From NCBI GenBank assembly GCA_902625895.1, contig CACODD010000004.1, forward strand, positions 1-55,232: a DNA stretch of 55,232 bases, in the 5' to 3' direction. This document shows, one piece after another, positions 50,401 to 55,232 of this stretch; the first letter of the stretch is position 1, and the number at the start of each line of letters is the position of its first letter. The position numbers were made by a program, and so were the translations under genes. The notes under the pieces were generated by a model. It was given only the letters and a program-made list of their open reading frames with translations, did no database searches and was not told the DNA's origin. The stretch is from an uncultured Alphaproteobacteria bacterium (GTDB lineage Bacteria; Pseudomonadota; Alphaproteobacteria; Methylaequorales; Methylaequoraceae).

Positions 50401-53400
50401 GGGATCCTGCAGTCACAGTTTTATTAGCGCCAACATTTTCATCTGCAACTGTGCCGGCTCCCGTCAAACTTACAGTTTCTCCACTAACTAAATTGGTTAA
50501 ATTAAGATCAGAACTATTAACAGTTTTTGTGCCATCATATTGCCTGCTTCCAGAAACATTCACAGATAATTGAGATATATCTAATGTGTGAGATCCCCCT
50601 GTTAATGTATAATTTGAAGACTTTCCTCCAGAACCATCCGAAATAGATAGACTTCCAAGGGTAATTGCTTTATTCATTTCAACTGTTGCATTTGGTAAAG
50701 TACCTGAACCAGATAGTGTTAAACTTTCGCCACTTACTATGTTGCTTATACTTAAATCTGCGCTTGAAGCATTGTTAGTCCCGTCAAAGGCTCTTACCCC
50801 ACTTAAACCAATCACACGTTCTGTAACATTTACGGTGGCAGAGGATAATGTGTAGTTTGTACCAACACCTGAACTATTGTCTATTGTTAGGCCTGATGTA
50901 TTTACTGTTTTTCCAGTTCCAGCGTCAGCAGAAGATATTGTACCAGTTCCTGACAGTGATAATGTATCCGATCCAGCCAGATTCGAAAAGCTTGTAAGGT
51001 TGCTTGACGCTACATTTGTTGTCCCGTCATAGGTTTTTGTTCCTGAAACTGTTGTTGATCTTGGAACAATTGTCATAGTTAGCGTTCCATTTGTTAAAGT
51101 ATAGTTAGATGCTATTCCAGAACCATCTGATATTGCCAATGTGTTTGTATTCACAATAGTCCGGCTACCAGCGGCTGGAGAATCCAATACGCCGCTTCCT
51201 GTTAACCCTAGTGTCTCTCCAGAAACAATATTTGTAAAACTTAGATCTGATCCAGAAGCTGTCCTTGTTGAATCATAAGCTCTTGAACCAGATAAATTTA
51301 ATGGACGTTGCGTAATATTAGAGCTTCCTGAAGCTATCGAATAGTTACTTGCTTGTCCAGAATTGTCAACTAATGAAAGCCCCGAAGTCGACAAAGTTTT
51401 AGCATTTCCTACATTTGCTGACGAAACAGTTCCAGATCCAGCAACAGATAATGTTTCAGATCCTACTATATTGGTGAATGTTGTAATTTGACTGCCATGA
51501 ATCGTTGTATTACCGTCGTAAATTTTTGAACCAACAAGTGTTAATGGTCTTTGAGTTATATCGAAATTTGCACTCGAAATGCTATAGTTACTGGCACTTC
51601 CGGTTCCATTCGCGAGAGCTAAAGTTCCAAGTGTAACTGTTTTGCCTGCACCAACATTCGTAGAACTTACAGAACCACTTCCTGAAACAGATAGCGTTTC
51701 AGAACCAACTAAATTTGAAAAAGTTGTCAAGTTGGAACCATCTACTGTTGTATTTCCATCATAAACCTTACTTCCATCTACCACAACTGGACGTTGTGTA
51801 ACATTAATTTCAAGAGTTCCATTTAAAGTATAATTAGCAGCGGCACCGCTGTTATCAGATAAAGTGAAGTTTACATCTGTTACACTCTTGTTATCACCAA
51901 CGGCACTAGAAGTAATAGTTCCGGATCCAGACAAGTTAAGTGTTTCAGAACCTATGAGTCCTGTTAATGATAAATTTGATGATGATACTGATGTGTTTCC
52001 GTCATAAACTTTTGATCCAACAACTCCTATAGATTTTTTGCTAATTGTTATACTGTGGGATCCCCCTAAGAGTGTATAGTTTGAAATTATTCCTCCGTTA
52101 CTCCCATCTGAAAGCAATAGCGCAGTCGTATTAATTGACGCTGATCCATAAGTTGAAGCATTTGGTAAAGAGGTCGAAACCGAGCCAGATTTATTTAAAG
52201 TCTCTGACCCTATAAGGCCGTTCAAACTAATATTTCCAGAAGAGACTGTAGTTGATCCGTCATAGGCTCTTGTTCCAGAAATACTTAATATTTTATTATT
52301 GATTGTAAATGTCCCTGTACTTAAAGAATAGTTAGAGGCATTTGAAGTGTTGTCCGCCAAACTCAGGCCAGTTGTATTTATTGTTTTTCCAGCGCCTACA
52401 TTCTTATCAGTTACTGAACCTGTTCCTGCAATTGATAAAGACTCTCCTGAAACCTCACCAATTAACGTTAAGTCAGAGCTTGCAACATTGGTTGTGCCAT
52501 CGTATTGTCTTGAACCCGAGAGTGTTATTGGCTTTGTGGTAATATCAAATGATCCGGAATCCAGAGTGTAATTAGAGGCCAAGCCGATAGTTCCGTTGGT
52601 TCCGTCAGATATTCCCAATGTATTAAGAGTGATAGATTTATTAGTTCCAACCGATGGTAGCGAAACACTTCCCTCTCCACTAATTGTAAGTGTTTCACCG
52701 CCGGCCGTGTTAACTGTATCAATTTGGCTGGCTAAAACCGTTCCCGTTCCATCATAAACTTTCTCTCCACTTATACTTAGATTGCGACGGGTTATAGCAA
52801 AGCTTGTTGTTCCAATTGTATAGTTAGATGCAGAATGTGAACCGTCGGAAAGGGATAGACCAGATATGTTTATTGTTTTACCAGATCCGACATTTTTATC
52901 AGTTACTGAACCTGTTCCTGTGATTGAAATTGATTCACCTGTAACTTCTCCAGTAACATCTAAATCTGAGCTACTAACTGTGGTAGTGGCATCATAAATT
53001 TTTTGACCTCCCACACTTACCCACTTTTGACTTATGTCAAATGTCCCTATTGTCAAATTATAGTTGCTCGCTAATCCACCGCCAGAACCGTCGGCTATTG
53101 CAATAGATCCTAACGTTATAGATTGGTTGTTTTGTACATTAGCCGATGAAACTGTTCCGCTTCCCGAAAATGCAAGTGTTTCTCCACTTGCAGTATCGTT
53201 GGTGACCAAATCAGATGAGCTTACCGTTGTAGTGCCATCATAAACTCGAGACCCTGAAAATGTTATGTCCTTTTTTGTTATATTGAACGTATGTGTTCCT
53301 CCATCTAATTTATAATTAGACGATAAGCCAGGCGTCCCTCCTGATCCGTTTCCTAAGGTCAAACCAGATACATCTAATGTTTTTCCATTTGCGACATTTT

Positions 53401-54778
53401 TGTCACTTATAGTTCCATTACCAGTTAATGTTAAATTTTCTCCTCCTTGAATGTTATTCAATGATAAGTCAGCCGGAAGGGCGTTTGTTGAACCATCGTA
53501 TTGTCGCGTACCCGTGATTGAAATTACAGCTTTATTTATAGTCAGTAAATGCGTTCCACCAGCCAATGTGTAATTAGAGGCTATTCCTCCATTAGACCCG
53601 TCAGCTAGACTTAGTGTATCTACACCTATTGTTTTATTGGCACCAACATTCTCGTCTGATACCGATCCATTACCAGAAAGTGCTAAAGTCTCACTTCCAA
53701 CTAAATTTGACAGAGTTATTATTCCGGATGAAACTGTTTTTAAAGTATTATAATCCCTGCTTGCAGACATGTTTAATACTCTTTCGATAATATTAAAGGT
53801 TTGTGTTCCTCCACTAAATGTGTAGTTAGATGCTAAACCTGCTGTTCCAGTTTGTCCATTCTCAAGGGTCAGACCTGATGTATTTACTGTTTTACCATTT
53901 CCAATATTTTTACTTACAACACTTCCCAATCCTGAGGTTGTTAAGTCTTCTCCTCCTTGTAATCCTGAAAGTGAAAATTCAGAATTCCTGACGTCTTGAG
54001 TTCCGTCGTATTGGCGTGATCCTGTTAGTGATATAGGAGCCTTATTCACAGTTAACTGATGCGTTCCTCCACTAAGAGTATAGTTAGCCGCTAAGCCTCC
54101 ATTCGATCCATCCGCTAATGCGAGTGTTCCTACCGATACTGTTTTGTTAGATCCAACATTCTTACTCGCAATCGTTCCGGTTCCACTTAAGTTAAGTGTT
54201 TCTGATCCCACTAAGTTAGCATGCGTTGATAAGTCTGATGCTACCGCATTTGTTGTGGCATCATATAAACGGGTGCCGCTTACACTCACTGCACGTCTAT
54301 TTACCGTAAAGTTATGCGTACCACCCGTAAGCGTATAGTTAGAAGCTGTTCCTCCACTCCCGTCAGCGATACTAATCCCAGATAAGTTTGTTATCGTATA
54401 ACTACCCGCATTCGCTGAACTAATCGTGGCTGTTCCAGAATGATTCAACGCTTCACCTGATACAAGGTTGCTTAATGTTATCGCTCCAGCTAAAGCATCC
54501 GTGTTCGCATCATACGTCTTCGATCCTGATGAGTTCAGTACTCGTTGTGCAATGTTAATCACCGTCGAGTTTAAACTATAATTTGACGCAAGACCTGTTC
54601 CGTCAGCCAATGCCAGTGTTCCATTACTACTCATCGCTATTCCATTGGCAACATTTGCACTCGCTGCCGTTCCCGAACCTGTCATGGTTAAGGTCTCTCC
54701 ACCTTGCAATGCATCAAAGCTACTCAAGGTTGATCCCGCTGCTGTCGTCGTTCCGTCATATTGTCTGGCGGCACGCAT
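47423..54778 (-). CDS. Giant YDG-repeat surface adhesin (FHA/TpsA-like), C-terminal part only
   Basis: About 29 units of roughly 80-87 aa ([RK]xYDG...GxETLxLSGxG...NVG...SNY). It begins mid-repeat with no signal peptide, so ATG 54778 is fortuitous and the genuine frame ends at about 54766. Confidence 0.88.
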   Translation of the reverse strand: MRAARQYDGTTTAAGSTLSSFDALQGGETLTMTGSGTAASANVANGIAMSSNGTLALADGTGLASNYSLNSTVINIAQRVLNSSGSKTYDANTDALAGAITLSNLVSGEALNHSGTATISSANAGSYTITNLSGISIADGSGGTASNYTLTGGTHNFTVNRRAVSVSGTRLYDATTNAVASDLSTHANLVGSETLNLSGTGTIASKNVGSNKTVSVGTLALADGSNGGLAANYTLSGGTHQLTVNKAPISLTGSRQYDGTQDVRNSEFSLSGLQGGEDLTTSGLGSVVSKNIGNGKTVNTSGLTLENGQTGTAGLASNYTFSGGTQTFNIIERVLNMSASRDYNTLKTVSSGIITLSNLVGSETLALSGNGSVSDENVGANKTIGVDTLSLADGSNGGIASNYTLAGGTHLLTINKAVISITGTRQYDGSTNALPADLSLNNIQGGENLTLTGNGTISDKNVANGKTLDVSGLTLGNGSGGTPGLSSNYKLDGGTHTFNITKKDITFSGSRVYDGTTTVSSSDLVTNDTASGETLAFSGSGTVSSANVQNNQSITLGSIAIADGSGGGLASNYNLTIGTFDISQKWVSVGGQKIYDATTTVSSSDLDVTGEVTGESISITGTGSVTDKNVGSGKTINISGLSLSDGSHSASNYTIGTTSFAITRRNLSISGEKVYDGTGTVLASQIDTVNTAGGETLTISGEGSVSLPSVGTNKSITLNTLGISDGTNGTIGLASNYTLDSGSFDITTKPITLSGSRQYDGTTNVASSDLTLIGEVSGESLSIAGTGSVTDKNVGAGKTINTTGLSLADNTSNASNYSLSTGTFTINNKILSISGTRAYDGSTTVSSGNISLNGLIGSETLNKSGSVSTSLPNASTYGSASINTTALLLSDGSNGGIISNYTLLGGSHSITISKKSIGVVGSKVYDGNTSVSSSNLSLTGLIGSETLNLSGSGTITSSAVGDNKSVTDVNFTLSDNSGAAANYTLNGTLEINVTQRPVVVDGSKVYDGNTTVDGSNLTTFSNLVGSETLSVSGSGSVSSTNVGAGKTVTLGTLALANGTGSASNYSISSANFDITQRPLTLVGSKIYDGNTTIHGSQITTFTNIVGSETLSVAGSGTVSSANVGNAKTLSTSGLSLVDNSGQASNYSIASGSSNITQRPLNLSGSRAYDSTRTASGSDLSFTNIVSGETLGLTGSGVLDSPAAGSRTIVNTNTLAISDGSGIASNYTLTNGTLTMTIVPRSTTVSGTKTYDGTTNVASSNLTSFSNLAGSDTLSLSGTGTISSADAGTGKTVNTSGLTIDNSSGVGTNYTLSSATVNVTERVIGLSGVRAFDGTNNASSADLSISNIVSGESLTLSGSGTLPNATVEMNKAITLGSLSISDGSGGKSSNYTLTGGSHTLDISQLSVNVSGSRQYDGTKTVNSSDLNLTNLVSGETVSLTGAGTVADENVGANKTVTAGSLALTGPGAGNYTLSNFTTTFEITPRILNSSGTRIYDGSITANASDLSLSNLVGSETLNLSGSGTLLSAAVGNSKNVAKNTLSLSDNSGSASNYTLDGGTHLMNVTQRPITLVASREYDGSNILDGASVSTTFTYSNLVGSEILSQTGTGTVSNKNVGSGKAVTVTNLSLLDGSGAASNYNLTSSTLTVTARPLSLSGSRVYDSTTSVAASDLSTMTNLVGSETIILSGNGVIGNKNVADSIALTNVSGLSLGNGSNGGLASNYTLSGGTHTVNVTKRPITISGSKTYDGSTTVQNSSISTISNRAGGETLNLNGSGTVDSAAVGTNKTISLGSLALTDNSGLASNYELSSGSFDINVRDVNFVGTRHYDGTTDANTSNFTSTFSNLVSGENLNLTGSGSVASKNVASGQSISLGSIALASGTAASSNYNLTSATLDITKRPLDLTGSRIYDSSATAAASDLTTINNLVGSETIGLSGNGDLGNANVGDLKTLTNVTGITISNGTNGGLAANYTLSGGTQTMSVTKRPITISGSRFYDGTTTVNGSDISIFNNTSAGETLGITGSGSVSTAISGTGKTIVLGTLQLQDGTGLASNYSLSSGTFAINSRQLNVTGSRVYDNTTTVNGSDLAITTGVGSEIITLSGQGSVVDANVGSNKSVTQNTLNLVSANGSATNYSMGTISLSITKRPVDLSIEKIYDGTLDAPASGLQSNGISNTVGGQTLTLSGNGQMQNKNVGVGKNITSIGTLALGNGSGSASNYTLDGGNHSIDVTARTTSASGSRFYDGTNIVNGNIFDSFTNTVGSDTITISGSGTIGSPGVGSKSVNIGSLTSAHPNYTITGASMNVTKRPVSLFGSRVAVENPSLIVLAEELFITAANNESLTLIGQGSIQSNIPGSTQNISLGTLSFSDGTGSASNYTFSGGSFLLTLKHKLTFTQRVREILNKGRSGKNLILLPTKTSHRSVPAVAEKISISTPDQSITVAPCVLRNGLCN

Positions 54779-55232
54779 TTATTAACGATTAACCAAAAAC
54801 CAATTTCGATTACTGGTACTCGTACTTACAACGCAACAACCACTACTTTGCCAACCAATTTAAGTATTGGTGGACTTGTTGGTGGTGAGTCAATATCTTT
54901 GACTGGTCAGGGTACAATTGCTGATAAAAATGTAGGTGCTGGTAAGACAATTACACTTAATACTTTAACACTTAATGATGGTGCGAACCCTACTCACCTC
55001 GCCTCAAATTATACCTTCACAGGCGGAACCCATACGTTCGATGTTACTAAGGCTCCATTGTCCATATCTGCGACACGTCAATATGACGGAACACAAACTT
55101 TTGACGATTCAATAATATCAATTTCTGGTTTACAAGGCGGAGAAACATTAACGGTATCAAATAACATTCATTCAAATTCTGAGAATGTTGGTTCCTACTC
55201 AAGTGGGGCTTCAAACTTACTATTAAACGATC
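54761..55232 (+). CDS. YDG-repeat adhesin fragment on the opposite strand (no start, runs off window)
   Basis: Open frame LSGGTHLLTINQKPISITGTRTYNAT...ASNYTFTGGTHTFDVTKAPLSISATRQYDGT..., the same repeat family as 47423-54766. Confidence 0.88.
   Translation, partial: MSGGTHLLTINQKPISITGTRTYNATTTTLPTNLSIGGLVGGESISLTGQGTIADKNVGAGKTITLNTLTLNDGANPTHLASNYTFTGGTHTFDVTKAPLSISATRQYDGTQTFDDSIISISGLQGGETLTVSNNIHSNSENVGSYSSGASNLLLND

Noticed and set aside
54767-54778. ATG 54778 (MRAA) as the true start of the adhesin
   Set aside because: These bases belong to the + strand repeat (GGTH); there is no signal peptide or RBS and the frame starts mid-repeat.
5587-54792. Many 60-120 aa ORFs antisense to or nested in larger genes (e.g. 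5587-5940, 7640-7978, 12169-12531, 27392-27712, 33182-33391, 49644-49868, 54583-54792)
   Set aside because: They lie wholly or largely within well-supported genes and have no recognisable motifs.
47423-55232. Higher GC of the adhesin as evidence of a genomic island or CRISPR-like array
   Set aside because: Gly/Ser/Thr/Ala-rich composition explains the GC shift; the repeats are degenerate coding units and no mobility or cas genes are present.

Overview
This window looks like core chromosome of a very AT-rich, tightly packed (streamlined) alphaproteobacterium, probably marine; the taxonomy is inferred from gene order. From left to right it holds: a contiguous cytochrome c maturation operon ccm(B)CDEFGHI, including a ccmD missed by the ORF track; pabB/pabC; a DAO-family flavoprotein; a cNMP-binding protein coupled to a 452-aa protein that looks like a degenerate family-A/T7-type polymerase-fold protein; yggT-folD, argG, ialB-like, two EamA transporters, tas and yccA; a furan-fatty-acid/singlet-oxygen-type cluster (UfaD/UfaO/UfaM-like, MFS, DUF3833, SDR, SnoaL); an unannotated promoter-hairpin-terminator unit (sRNA or 24-aa peptide); a lipid A modification cluster (ArnT-like, PAP2, GT2, LAB_N); alkA; hemC-hemD-mic60-hemY; a decayed duplicate of the hemC 5' end; tsaD-gpsA-yciI and acs; a missed DUF1674/SdhAF4 gene; rsmB and a heparinase-like gene; three glycan genes, purH and an MFS; and a giant YDG-repeat adhesin whose reading frame flips strand at about 54761-54768. 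No rRNA, tRNA, CRISPR array, integrase or transposase was seen. All family assignments come from motifs read by eye; no database search was run.
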